38,503 bases of DNA, taken from an uncultured Bacilli bacterium. Its GTDB lineage: Bacteria; Bacillota_I; Bacilli_A; RF39; UBA660. Both the position numbers and the translations under genes were made by a program. Positions 19,692 to 28,370 of this stretch are shown piece by piece; position 1 is the first letter of the stretch, and each line of letters begins with the position of its first letter. The stretch spans positions 1 to 38,503 of the forward strand of contig CANRPZ010000002.1 of assembly GCA_947632625.1 (NCBI GenBank). The letters run 5' to 3'. The notes beneath the pieces are model-generated. The model was not told the origin of the DNA, made no database searches, and saw only the letters and a list, made by a program, of their open reading frames with translations.

Positions 19692-22600
19692 ATGAAATGG
19701 CTAGCAGAAATATTTCCCACAGAGTGCAATATACGAGTTACTGGACTTACAAAAGAATTAAATGTTCTTTATATTTTAAATACATTTAAAAATGAAGATG
19801 GACATTTATTAGTAGTTACAAATTCTTTGTATGAAAGTAACCAGCTATATAGTTTGTTAAGCACGTATACAAGCGATGTGCTTCTTTTTCCAATGGATGA
19901 TTTTTTATCTTCCGTAGCTTTAGCTATTTCACCTGATTTAAAAATTAAACGTTTGGAAACTTTAAATAAAATTCAAGACAAACGTTATATTGTTATTACG
20001 AATTTAATGGGTTATTTAAAATTTTTGCCAGCAATAAAAGAGGGTAATAAAAGAGAACTTACTTTAAAAGTAGATGAAATTATAAAAAGAGAAGAAATTT
20101 TGGAGAGGTTAGAACATTATGGATATACTCGAGATACTTTAGTTAGTTCTACTGGAACCTATGCTGTACGAGGTTTTATTTTGGATATTTTTCCTACTTT
20201 TTTAGAACATCCTGTTCGTCTAGAATTTTTTGGGGATTCTATAGAATCTATTCGCTTTTTTGATGAAGATACACAACTTTCTTTAGAATCTATAAAAGAG
20301 ATCACTATCTATCCCTATGATGAGGTTTTGGAAGATGATTCTAACTCTTTATTGGATTATTTAAAGTCTCCATTAGTTTTCTTTTATGATTATCAACAAA
20401 TAAAGGCTGCTTATCAAAAATTATGTGAAGATATTTTAGAATATAAAAATGCAAATTCCGTTCCTTCTGAAAAAGAATATATGTATAAAATGGAATATCT
20501 TAAACCTAAAAATCAGATTTTTATTGATACTATAGAAAACGAGAATAAAAATGGCTATCCAATTAAAAGATATCATGCTTTAGAACTTGAAAATTTTAGA
20601 TCTAATTTTAATTTATTACAAGAAAAAGTAAATGGATGGCTATTTCAAAAGAAAACTGTACTTTTCTGTTTATCGAAAGAAAGTCAAATTAAACAAATAA
20701 AAGAGTTGTTTTCAGCTGCTCATATTGTAAAAGATGATAATATTCTTTTAGGACAAATCAATATAATAAAACAAAAAATCAACCATGGTTTTCTATTTGA
20801 TTCCTATATTGTAATTTCTGAATATGATATAGAGCAAACTGAAAATCAATCTATTAAATATAAAAATACTTTAAAAATTGGTAAAAAAATAAATGCTTTA
20901 GACAATTTAAATTTGGGGGATTATGTTGTACATAGACAACATGGAATAGGAATCTATAATGGTGTAGTAACTTTAAAACAAGGATCTTTAGAAAAAGATT
21001 ATATTCAGATTAATTATTTAGGCAATGATAAAGTGTATATTCCTGTTGAAAAAATATCCACTATATTTAAATATACGGATAAGGATGGGGCAAAGCCCAA
21101 AATTAATAAATTAAATAGTACGGCTTGGGAACTTAAAAAACGTCAAGTGCAAAAGAAAATAAAAGATATTTCTGAAGAATTAATGCGTCTTTATGCAATT
21201 CGTCATCAAACGAAAGGAATTTCTTACCTTGATTATCCAATGGAAGAATTGTTTGCAATGGAATTCCCTTATGAAGAAACAAAAGATCAATTAAAAGCAA
21301 TCGAGGATGTCCAAAGAGATTTAAGAAATCCAGTTCCAATGGATCGTTTACTTTGTGGAGATGTCGGTTTTGGTAAAACAGAGGTAGCTTTTAGAGCAAT
21401 GTTTAAAACGATTTTAAACAATAAACAGGTACTTTATTTATGTCCTACAACGATATTGTCAAAACAACAATATACCTCGGCTTTACAAAGATTTTCTTCT
21501 TATCCAGTTGAAATTGCCTTATTAAATCGCTTTACCTCGAAGAAAGATACGACCCGTATTTTAGATGATTTAAAAAAAGGTAAAATTGATATTTTATTTG
21601 GAACACATCGCCTTTTAAGTAATGATGTAATTTGTAAAGATTTGGGGTTACTTGTTGTTGATGAGGAGCAACGTTTCGGGGTAACACATAAAGAAAAAAT
21701 TAAACAATTCCGAAATGATGTAAATGTTCTTACTTTATCAGCGACTCCGATTCCAAGAACAATGAAAATGGCCATGAGTGGTTTAAGGGATTTATCCATT
21801 ATTGATACAGCTCCTGTGAATCGTTATCCTGTGCAAACTTATGTGATTGCTGAAAATGATTTAATTGTTAAGGATGCGATTTATAAAGAACTAGCAAGAA
21901 ATGGTCAAATATTTATTTTATATAATAAAGTAGCATCTATTTTAGAGTTTTCAAATAAATTAAGTAGATTGGTTCCAGAAGCAAAGATATCTTTTGCTCA
22001 TGGGCAAATGACAAAACAAGAGCTTGATAATATCATGGAATCTTTTGTTGCTCATGAATTTGATATTTTGGTTTGTACAACGATTATTGAAACAGGAATT
22101 GACATTCCAAATGCCAATACTTTAATTATTTACGATGCGGATCACTTTGGTTTGAGTCAACTTTATCAAATTAGAGGGCGTGTTGGTAGAAGCGATAAGA
22201 TTGCTTATGCTTATCTTTTATATGATAACAAAAAGGTCTTAAATGATATTGCTGTTAAACGTTTGCAAACAATTAAAGATTTTACCGAGCTTGGTAGTGG
22301 ATATCGAATTGCTATGCGTGATTTGTCTCTTCGAGGTGCAGGAGATATTTTAGGAAGCGAACAAGCTGGATTTATTGATACTGTTGGAATTTCTCTTTAT
22401 ACAAAAATGGTTGAAGAAGAGATAAAAAGACTAAACGGCGAAGAAATTGAAGAAGATACTGATAGTAAATCATTAGTTAATGTAAGTACGCATATTAGTG
22501 ATAGTTATGTTACCGATGAAGATATGAAAATAGAAATTCATCAATTAATTAATGAAATAGAGGATTTACCTTCTTTAAATCGTATAAAAAGCATATTAGA

Positions 22601-22922
22601 GGATCGTTTCGGTAAGATTACTGAAGATATGGAAATCTATATGTATGAAGAGTGGTTTGAAAAATTAGCTAAAAAATTAGAAATTATAAATGTTAAACAA
22701 ACTGAAAGGTTAGTAGAAATAGAAATTCCTGAAAAATATTCATCTTTAGTAAAAGGGGATAAGTTATTTTTTGAAGCGTATAATATTAATCCAAGCTTTA
22801 CTTTTAAATACGTGAATAAAAAAATTATAATTTCACTACTTATTAAAAGAGACGAAAAGCATTTCTTATATTCTTTTGTTCCCTTGTTAGAATTAATTTT
22901 AAGGGACATAGAAGAACAATAA
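19692..22922 (+). CDS. mfd: Transcription-repair coupling factor Mfd
   Basis: 1076 aa with a CarD-like RID (GDYVVHRQHGIGIY) and SF2 motifs GDVGFGKTEVA, DEEQRFG, SATPIPRT and GRVGRS. Confidence 0.97.
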   Translation: MKWLAEIFPTECNIRVTGLTKELNVLYILNTFKNEDGHLLVVTNSLYESNQLYSLLSTYTSDVLLFPMDDFLSSVALAISPDLKIKRLETLNKIQDKRYIVITNLMGYLKFLPAIKEGNKRELTLKVDEIIKREEILERLEHYGYTRDTLVSSTGTYAVRGFILDIFPTFLEHPVRLEFFGDSIESIRFFDEDTQLSLESIKEITIYPYDEVLEDDSNSLLDYLKSPLVFFYDYQQIKAAYQKLCEDILEYKNANSVPSEKEYMYKMEYLKPKNQIFIDTIENENKNGYPIKRYHALELENFRSNFNLLQEKVNGWLFQKKTVLFCLSKESQIKQIKELFSAAHIVKDDNILLGQINIIKQKINHGFLFDSYIVISEYDIEQTENQSIKYKNTLKIGKKINALDNLNLGDYVVHRQHGIGIYNGVVTLKQGSLEKDYIQINYLGNDKVYIPVEKISTIFKYTDKDGAKPKINKLNSTAWELKKRQVQKKIKDISEELMRLYAIRHQTKGISYLDYPMEELFAMEFPYEETKDQLKAIEDVQRDLRNPVPMDRLLCGDVGFGKTEVAFRAMFKTILNNKQVLYLCPTTILSKQQYTSALQRFSSYPVEIALLNRFTSKKDTTRILDDLKKGKIDILFGTHRLLSNDVICKDLGLLVVDEEQRFGVTHKEKIKQFRNDVNVLTLSATPIPRTMKMAMSGLRDLSIIDTAPVNRYPVQTYVIAENDLIVKDAIYKELARNGQIFILYNKVASILEFSNKLSRLVPEAKISFAHGQMTKQELDNIMESFVAHEFDILVCTTIIETGIDIPNANTLIIYDADHFGLSQLYQIRGRVGRSDKIAYAYLLYDNKKVLNDIAVKRLQTIKDFTELGSGYRIAMRDLSLRGAGDILGSEQAGFIDTVGISLYTKMVEEEIKRLNGEEIEEDTDSKSLVNVSTHISDSYVTDEDMKIEIHQLINEIEDLPSLNRIKSILEDRFGKITEDMEIYMYEEWFEKLAKKLEIINVKQTERLVEIEIPEKYSSLVKGDKLFFEAYNINPSFTFKYVNKKIIISLLIKRDEKHFLYSFVPLLELILRDIEEQ

Positions 22923-22949
22923 AATTTTAAAGTACAGCATCTTTCCTCG

Positions 22950-22978
22950 CATATTTCCTCTTAAATTATCCAAACTAA
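22950..22978 (+). promoter_or_regulatory. Possible forespore sigma-F/sigma-G-type promoter of spoVT
   Basis: GCATA-17 nt-CAAACTA resembles my recollection of the sigma-G consensus (-35 GnATA, -10 CATAnTA). B. subtilis spoVT is sigma-G dependent. Confidence 0.35.
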
Positions 22979-23001
22979 TTTTGTAGAGGAGTTGTGATAC
23001 T

Positions 23002-23523
23002 TTGAAGTCAACTGGTGTTATTCGTAGAATTGATGAACTAGGAAGAATTGTTTTGCCAAAGGAGATACGTCGTCATTTAGGAATTCGAGAGGGAGAAAAT
23101 TTAGAAATCTTTGTTGAAAATGACCGCGTAATTTTAAAAAAATACTCTAAAATAAAAGATTATCGTGAGACGATTGAGAACATATGTGAACTCATAACGA
23201 ATGTATATGATATAAATTTACTTGTTACGGATCGTGATCGTGTAATTTATTCTAATCAATTTCCAGAATTTTTAAATGCAGAATTGGATAAAAAGTTACT
23301 TGGATATATCCATAATCGTGAAAGTGTAGTAAAAAACGAATTACAAACATATAATTTTAATAAGGAGGAGGTAAATGGCTACTTTTTTATTCAACCAATT
23401 ATTTCTTCCACAGATTGTTTAGGACTTTTACTTTTATATAGTAAAGAACCTATTAAAGAAGAAACGAATTTATTTTTAAAATTTGTGTCAAATTTAATTG
23501 TAAGCAAAGTGGATATTTCTTGA
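23002..23523 (+). CDS. spoVT: Stage V sporulation protein T (AbrB-type SpoVT N-domain plus GAF-like C-domain), TTG start
   Basis: 173 aa. MKSTGVIRRIDELGRIVLPKEIRRHLGIREGENLEIFVE is near-identical in pattern to B. subtilis SpoVT MKATGIVRRIDDLGRVVIPKEIRRTLRIREGDPLEIFVD. The length excludes AbrB itself. It has the same position after mfd. Confidence 0.9.
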   Translation: MKSTGVIRRIDELGRIVLPKEIRRHLGIREGENLEIFVENDRVILKKYSKIKDYRETIENICELITNVYDINLLVTDRDRVIYSNQFPEFLNAELDKKLLGYIHNRESVVKNELQTYNFNKEEVNGYFFIQPIISSTDCLGLLLLYSKEPIKEETNLFLKFVSNLIVSKVDIS

Positions 23524-23559
23524 ATTTAAGTTTTTTTTATGTTACTATACAGATAATTA

Positions 23560-23752
23560 ATGAGGAAGGAAAGAGTAATATTTCTTGTTTGTGATAAGAG
23601 AGTTTACGTTTGGTGAAAGTAAATACAAATGAGGGTATGAACATGGTTCTGGAGTTAAATCGGATAATTCACGTTACGAAAAAAGTGCATGATAAAATCA
23701 TGAATTAAGGTGGTACCGCGGTTTTTCGCCCTTAGTTTATGATTTTTTTATT
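23560..23752 (+). promoter_or_regulatory. T-box riboswitch leader (methionine specifier) controlling metG
   Basis: The conserved T-box sequence AATTAAGGTGGTACCGCG lies at 23703-23720. Stem-I elements AGAGAG and GGTGAAAG are present. A candidate AUG specifier is at 23637-23639 (or 23643-23645). A T-rich terminator tail lies at 23735-23755, directly upstream of metG. Confidence 0.85.
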
Positions 23753-23770
23753 TTTTTAGGAGGAATGAAA

Positions 23771-25291
23771 ATGAAAGAAAAATACTATATTTCAACAGCT
23801 ATTGCTTATACATCTGGAAAACCTCATATAGGAAATACGTATGAGATTGTTCTTGCAGATGCGATTGCTCGTTATAAACGCTTAAAAGGATTTGATGTAT
23901 ATTTTCAAACGGGTACAGATGAACATGGAGAGAAAATTGAATTAAAAGCAAAAGAAGCAGGAGTAACACCAAAAGAGTTTGTGGATAATGTATCCGGCGT
24001 TATTAAAAACATCTGGGATATCATGAATACTAGCTATGATCGATTTGTTAGAACTACGGATCCTGATCATGAAAAAATTGTTCAAAAAATATTTAAAAAA
24101 ATGTATGACAAGGGTGATATTTATCTTGGAGAATATCAAGGACTTTATTGTACCCCTTGTGAATCTTTTTGGACAGAATCTCAACTTGTGGACGGAAAGT
24201 GTCCAGATTGTGGTAGGGATGTTGAATTAAAGAAAGAGGAAGCTTATTTTTTTAAATTAAGTAAATACCAAGATAAGTTAATGGATTATATTAATACACA
24301 TCCTCATTTTATTGAGCCAGAATCTAGAAAAAATGAGATGGTTAATAATTTCTTGAAACCGGGTTTACAAGATTTATGTGTTTCTAGAACCTCTTTTGAT
24401 TGGGGAATACCTGTTGATTTTGATAGTAAACATGTTGTTTATGTTTGGTTGGATGCACTAACGAATTATATTACCAATATTGGTTATGATCCTGATGGAA
24501 GCAGCGAAGAATTTAATAGACTATGGCCAGCCGACTTACACTTGATAGGAAAAGATATTATTCGTTTTCATACGCTTTATTGGCCTTGTTTTCTAATGAG
24601 TTTAGATTTACCTTTGCCAAAACAAGTTTTTGGACATCCTTGGCTTATTATGAGTGATGGAAAGATGAGTAAAAGTAGAGGAAATGTTATTTATGCCGAT
24701 GATTTAGTAAACGAATTTGGTGTCGATGCAGTTCGTTACTATATGTTACATGAAATTCCTTTTTCTAGCGATGGAGTTTTTACAAAAGAGTTATTGATTG
24801 AAAGAATCAATGGAGATTTAGTTAATATTTTGGGGAATTTAGTGAATCGTACTATTTCAATGGGTCAAAAATATTTTGAAGGACATATTGAAAATAAAAA
24901 AATAAGTGAAGAAATTGATAAAGAACTGTTCGACAAGGTTAAGGAGTTAGAAGAAAAAATAGAAGAAAAGATGAACCATTTAGAAATAGGTGCTGCTATT
25001 GATGAAATCTTTGAGGTTTTAAGAAGGTGTAATAAATATATTGATGAAACAACACCTTGGATTCTTGCCAAAGAGGAAGATAAGAAAGACCGCTTGGAGA
25101 CGGTTTTATATAATTTAGTGGAATCTATTCGTGTATGTGCTGTATTCCTATTTCCTTATTTACCACAAACGAGTGAACGTATTTTAGAACAATTGAATAC
25201 TAAAGATAAAAATTTAATATTTAATGAAGATGCTACTTATGATTTAAATAAACCAGAAATCTTATTTCAAAGAATCGATATAGAAAATTAG
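23771..25291 (+). CDS. metG: Methionine--tRNA ligase (short form, no C-terminal tRNA-binding appendage)
   Basis: HIGN and KMSKS signatures and zinc knuckle CTPC...CPDC. ATG at 23771 (7 nt after AGGAGG) is preferred over 23765. Confidence 0.96.
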   Translation: MKEKYYISTAIAYTSGKPHIGNTYEIVLADAIARYKRLKGFDVYFQTGTDEHGEKIELKAKEAGVTPKEFVDNVSGVIKNIWDIMNTSYDRFVRTTDPDHEKIVQKIFKKMYDKGDIYLGEYQGLYCTPCESFWTESQLVDGKCPDCGRDVELKKEEAYFFKLSKYQDKLMDYINTHPHFIEPESRKNEMVNNFLKPGLQDLCVSRTSFDWGIPVDFDSKHVVYVWLDALTNYITNIGYDPDGSSEEFNRLWPADLHLIGKDIIRFHTLYWPCFLMSLDLPLPKQVFGHPWLIMSDGKMSKSRGNVIYADDLVNEFGVDAVRYYMLHEIPFSSDGVFTKELLIERINGDLVNILGNLVNRTISMGQKYFEGHIENKKISEEIDKELFDKVKELEEKIEEKMNHLEIGAAIDEIFEVLRRCNKYIDETTPWILAKEEDKKDRLETVLYNLVESIRVCAVFLFPYLPQTSERILEQLNTKDKNLIFNEDATYDLNKPEILFQRIDIEN

Positions 25292-25311
25292 AAAATTTAG
25301 GGGAGGTTTTT

Positions 25312-26139
25312 ATGGACTTTGATGAAATTATTTATCGTTATGAAGAACAATTTGTTGAGCTAAATAATAAAAGTATTTTTGATTTTGTTTTTTCTTTTTT
25401 AGAAGAACATCATTTGTGTACAAAAGAAAAATTTTTACAAAATCATTCTTTAGAAAATCTAAATCCTTATACTTTATTTGATTCATTAAGGAATTATCTT
25501 GCAGAATATCATAAAGAACTTTTAAATTCTTTTTATGATGCTTATAGGAAGAAAAATGGAAATTTAAAGTATTTAATCACTGAAGATATGCGTATGCTAG
25601 GTAAAACAACAATCGGTAAATTAAATCGTTCTGTTTTAGAGCAACTTTCGAATCGTCCTTATATTGGTAAAATTTCTTATGAAGATAAAAAAATTCATAT
25701 TACCCTTATTTCAGGAGAAGAATATTCATTTTTTAGTATTTATGATTATTTTGATAAAAATTCTAGAATGTTACAGTATATAATGAAATATCGTAATCAA
25801 TTATTTGGACAATGTCATAACGATGCGTGGGACGCTATAATAACATTAAACGATTCAACTTTATTAACAGAATTAATTCCTTATTGTTTTGTTGGAACTT
25901 ATTATCATTCTATTGTAGAGGATAAAAACGGAATGTATATAGATTTAGCTAATGAAATAGTTTATGATGAGAATGTTCGTTATAATTTATATCAGGCTGA
26001 AATTGTGAGCGAAACAAAAAAAGAAGATTTATACCAAAAACTTGAGGATGCAAATGAATATTTTGGGGAATCTCCTTATGCAAGTGCCATATTAATTGCT
26101 GTTTATCAACAAACCTTGAAATTGAAAAAAGGTAGGTAA
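25312..26139 (+). CDS. Hypothetical protein with a predicted Cys-His-Asp (transglutaminase/papain-like) core
   Basis: 275 aa with SD GGGGAGG upstream. I recognise no family. The ordered motifs are FGQCHNDAW, then YYHSIVEDKNGMYIDL about 31 aa later. See findings. Confidence 0.6.
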   Translation: MDFDEIIYRYEEQFVELNNKSIFDFVFSFLEEHHLCTKEKFLQNHSLENLNPYTLFDSLRNYLAEYHKELLNSFYDAYRKKNGNLKYLITEDMRMLGKTTIGKLNRSVLEQLSNRPYIGKISYEDKKIHITLISGEEYSFFSIYDYFDKNSRMLQYIMKYRNQLFGQCHNDAWDAIITLNDSTLLTELIPYCFVGTYYHSIVEDKNGMYIDLANEIVYDENVRYNLYQAEIVSETKKEDLYQKLEDANEYFGESPYASAILIAVYQQTLKLKKGR

Positions 26140-26143
26140 AATT

Positions 26144-26890
26144 ATGTTTTGTGATACGCATTGTCATTTATTTAAAGAATATTATGAAGATATTAATAGT
26201 GTTTTAAAAACTGCTTCGTTAAATCAAGTGAGTCGTATGATTAATGCCGGTTGTGACGCCAAGAGTAATCAAGAGGTATTAGAAACTTTAAAATATAATG
26301 GAGTTTATGGTGCTTTAGGAATTCATCCGGAAGATGTTTTAAACTATAAAGAGGAAGATATAAAATTTATCGAAGAAAATTTAAAATGTAAAAAAGTAGT
26401 TGCAATTGGAGAAATAGGTTTAGATTATCATTATGGAAAAGAAAATCGTGAAGAACAAATAAAACTTTTTGAATGTCAATTAGCCCTAGCCGAAAAATAC
26501 CATATGCCTGTTGTTGTCCATTCAAGAGAAGCAACTGAAGACACGATAGAACTTTTAAAAAAATACAATGTAAAAGGAGTAATTCATTCTTTTAGTGGCA
26601 GTTTAGAAATTGCAAATATTTATATTAAGATGGGTTTTTTACTTGGTATTAATGGTGTTATTACATTCAAAAATTGCCATTTAAAAGATGTCATAAATAA
26701 AATTGATGTACATAATCTTGTATTAGAAACCGACTCTCCTTATTTAACACCCGTTCCTTATCGAGGAGAAAAAAATGATCCAAGTCGTATTTTAACGATT
26801 GCAGAATTTGTTTCTCAAATAAAAGGAATTTCGTTAGAAGAACTAGCCCTAATTACCAATGAAAATATCAAGAGAACTTTTGACATTTAA
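26144..26890 (+). CDS. tatD: TatD-family metal-dependent hydrolase (YabD)
   Basis: 248 aa with CDTHCHL, GEIGLDY, VVHSR and ETDSPYL motifs. Confidence 0.95.
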   Translation: MFCDTHCHLFKEYYEDINSVLKTASLNQVSRMINAGCDAKSNQEVLETLKYNGVYGALGIHPEDVLNYKEEDIKFIEENLKCKKVVAIGEIGLDYHYGKENREEQIKLFECQLALAEKYHMPVVVHSREATEDTIELLKKYNVKGVIHSFSGSLEIANIYIKMGFLLGINGVITFKNCHLKDVINKIDVHNLVLETDSPYLTPVPYRGEKNDPSRILTIAEFVSQIKGISLEELALITNENIKRTFDI

Positions 26891-26944
26891 AGGCTTTTTT
26901 GATACAATAAATATAGCAAAAAAAATAATGCGAGGTGAGATGGA

Positions 26945-27481
26945 ATGCCACAGTTTTTAAACACATTTAAGAAAATTTTTCAAATTACTTTGCTTGTATT
27001 ATTGGTTATATTTGTTGAATCTAGTAATAATATGAAGGAAACGAAAGTTTTAAATGATAATTATAATAAATCAATTGATCTAGCTACAATGGCATTAAAG
27101 TTACAAGAGGATATAAAAAACGATTTATATAGTGCCAAAAGTACTTTTACAGGAGATTTAACAAGTTACTTACCAACATGTCCTTTGTGTAGTGGAAAGC
27201 TTGCTTGTTTACCAAAATATAATGTTTTAGATGGTACTGAAACTTATCAAGATATTTCTTATGGTGAGGTTCAAATTGTTGCTTCTAGTAAAAATTTATC
27301 TTGTGGTTCAATTGTAAGATTAAATAATACAAAGTTGTCAAAGGACCCAGTATTAGCTATTGTACTTGATCGCGGTGTTTTGGGAAATGACTTGGATTTA
27401 TTAACATCAGATGCAGGCTATGCTGCTTATGTAGGACGTTCTGTAGTTACATACGATGTATTAAGAAATGGATGGCAATAA
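26945..27481 (+). CDS. Secreted or membrane-anchored DPBB-fold protein (RlpA/3D-domain-like, YabE-position)
   Basis: 178 aa with an N-terminal hydrophobic anchor. The C-terminal ASSKNLSCGSIVRLNN...AIVLDRGVLGNDLDLL resembles the RlpA/3D double-psi beta-barrel pattern (..DRGP..g..iDLs). It occupies the yabE slot after tatD. Confidence 0.55.
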   Translation: MPQFLNTFKKIFQITLLVLLVIFVESSNNMKETKVLNDNYNKSIDLATMALKLQEDIKNDLYSAKSTFTGDLTSYLPTCPLCSGKLACLPKYNVLDGTETYQDISYGEVQIVASSKNLSCGSIVRLNNTKLSKDPVLAIVLDRGVLGNDLDLLTSDAGYAAYVGRSVVTYDVLRNGWQ

Positions 27482-27505
27482 GCCATTTTTTAAGTTGGTG
27501 ATCTT

Positions 27506-28291
27506 ATGGAATTTATAAAAGCTCAAAAAAAATATGGTCAAAATTTTTTAAAAAATGATCAAATTCTTTCTAAAATTGCTACTAGTATTTCGGTAAATGA
27601 GAAAGATTTAATTATTGAAATTGGCCCTGGGACTGGAGCTTTAACAAAAAAACTGGTAAAGCATGGATCTTATTTGCTTTGTTACGAAATTGATGAGCGC
27701 ATGAAACCTTATTTGGATGCTTATGAATCTAAAAAAACAAAAGTACTTTATATGGATTTTTTAGAAAGTAATCTTAAAGAAGATATAAAAAGCATTCCTT
27801 ATACGAATCTATATGTCATTGCAAATATTCCCTATTATATAACCACTCAAATTCTTACTAAATTAATAAATGAAAAGGTAATTATCCAAAAAATGATTTT
27901 ATTAGTTCAAAAGGAATTTGGCTTGCGTATTTGTGCAGAAAGTAATCATAAAGAATACAATGCTTTTACTTTGTATGTAGATGCATTTTATGATGCAAAA
28001 ATTTTGTTTGAGGTAAATAAAACTAACTTTGTTCCATCTCCAAAAGTGGATAGTGTAGTTATTGAACTCTCTTTAAAAGAATCAAATTCCATAGAAGATG
28101 TAAGTTTTTACTTGCAATTTGTGCGTGATGCTTTTCATAGTAAAAGGAAAACTTTAAAAAATAATATGAAAAACTATGATTTTGAAAAAATAGGAAAAAT
28201 TTTAGCAGAAATGGGATATAAAGAACAAGTTCGTGCAGAAGAAATTAGTAAAGAAGATTTTAAAAAGTTAGCAAATAAATATCATCGTTAA
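27506..28291 (+). CDS. rsmA: 16S rRNA (adenine1518/1519-N6)-dimethyltransferase RsmA/KsgA
   Basis: 261 aa with YGQNFL, EIGPGTGALT and NIPYYITT motifs. Confidence 0.96.
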   Translation: MEFIKAQKKYGQNFLKNDQILSKIATSISVNEKDLIIEIGPGTGALTKKLVKHGSYLLCYEIDERMKPYLDAYESKKTKVLYMDFLESNLKEDIKSIPYTNLYVIANIPYYITTQILTKLINEKVIIQKMILLVQKEFGLRICAESNHKEYNAFTLYVDAFYDAKILFEVNKTNFVPSPKVDSVVIELSLKESNSIEDVSFYLQFVRDAFHSKRKTLKNNMKNYDFEKIGKILAEMGYKEQVRAEEISKEDFKKLANKYHR

Positions 28292-28318
28292 ATTTAAGAC
28301 AACTGATAAAAGATTACC

Positions 28319-28347
28319 TTGAACTTTTATGTATTCTTTTTTATAAT
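28319..28347 (+). promoter_or_regulatory. Sigma-A-type promoter for the acyltransferase gene
   Basis: TTGAAC (28319-28324), a 17-nt spacer, then TATAAT (28342-28347), about 24 nt upstream of the start codon. Confidence 0.55.
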
Positions 28348-28370
28348 GTGTATGTATTTGAGGTATAAAA

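Noticed and set aside
21133-22909. Minus-strand ORFs 21133-21339, 21500-21799 and 22637-22909
   Set aside because: They are antisense shadows inside mfd.
23942-26167. ORFs 23942-24184 (-), 24036-24230 (+), 24865-25071 (-) and 25949-26167 (-)
   Set aside because: They are shadows within metG and within the orphan/tatD junction. They have no SD and low-complexity translations.
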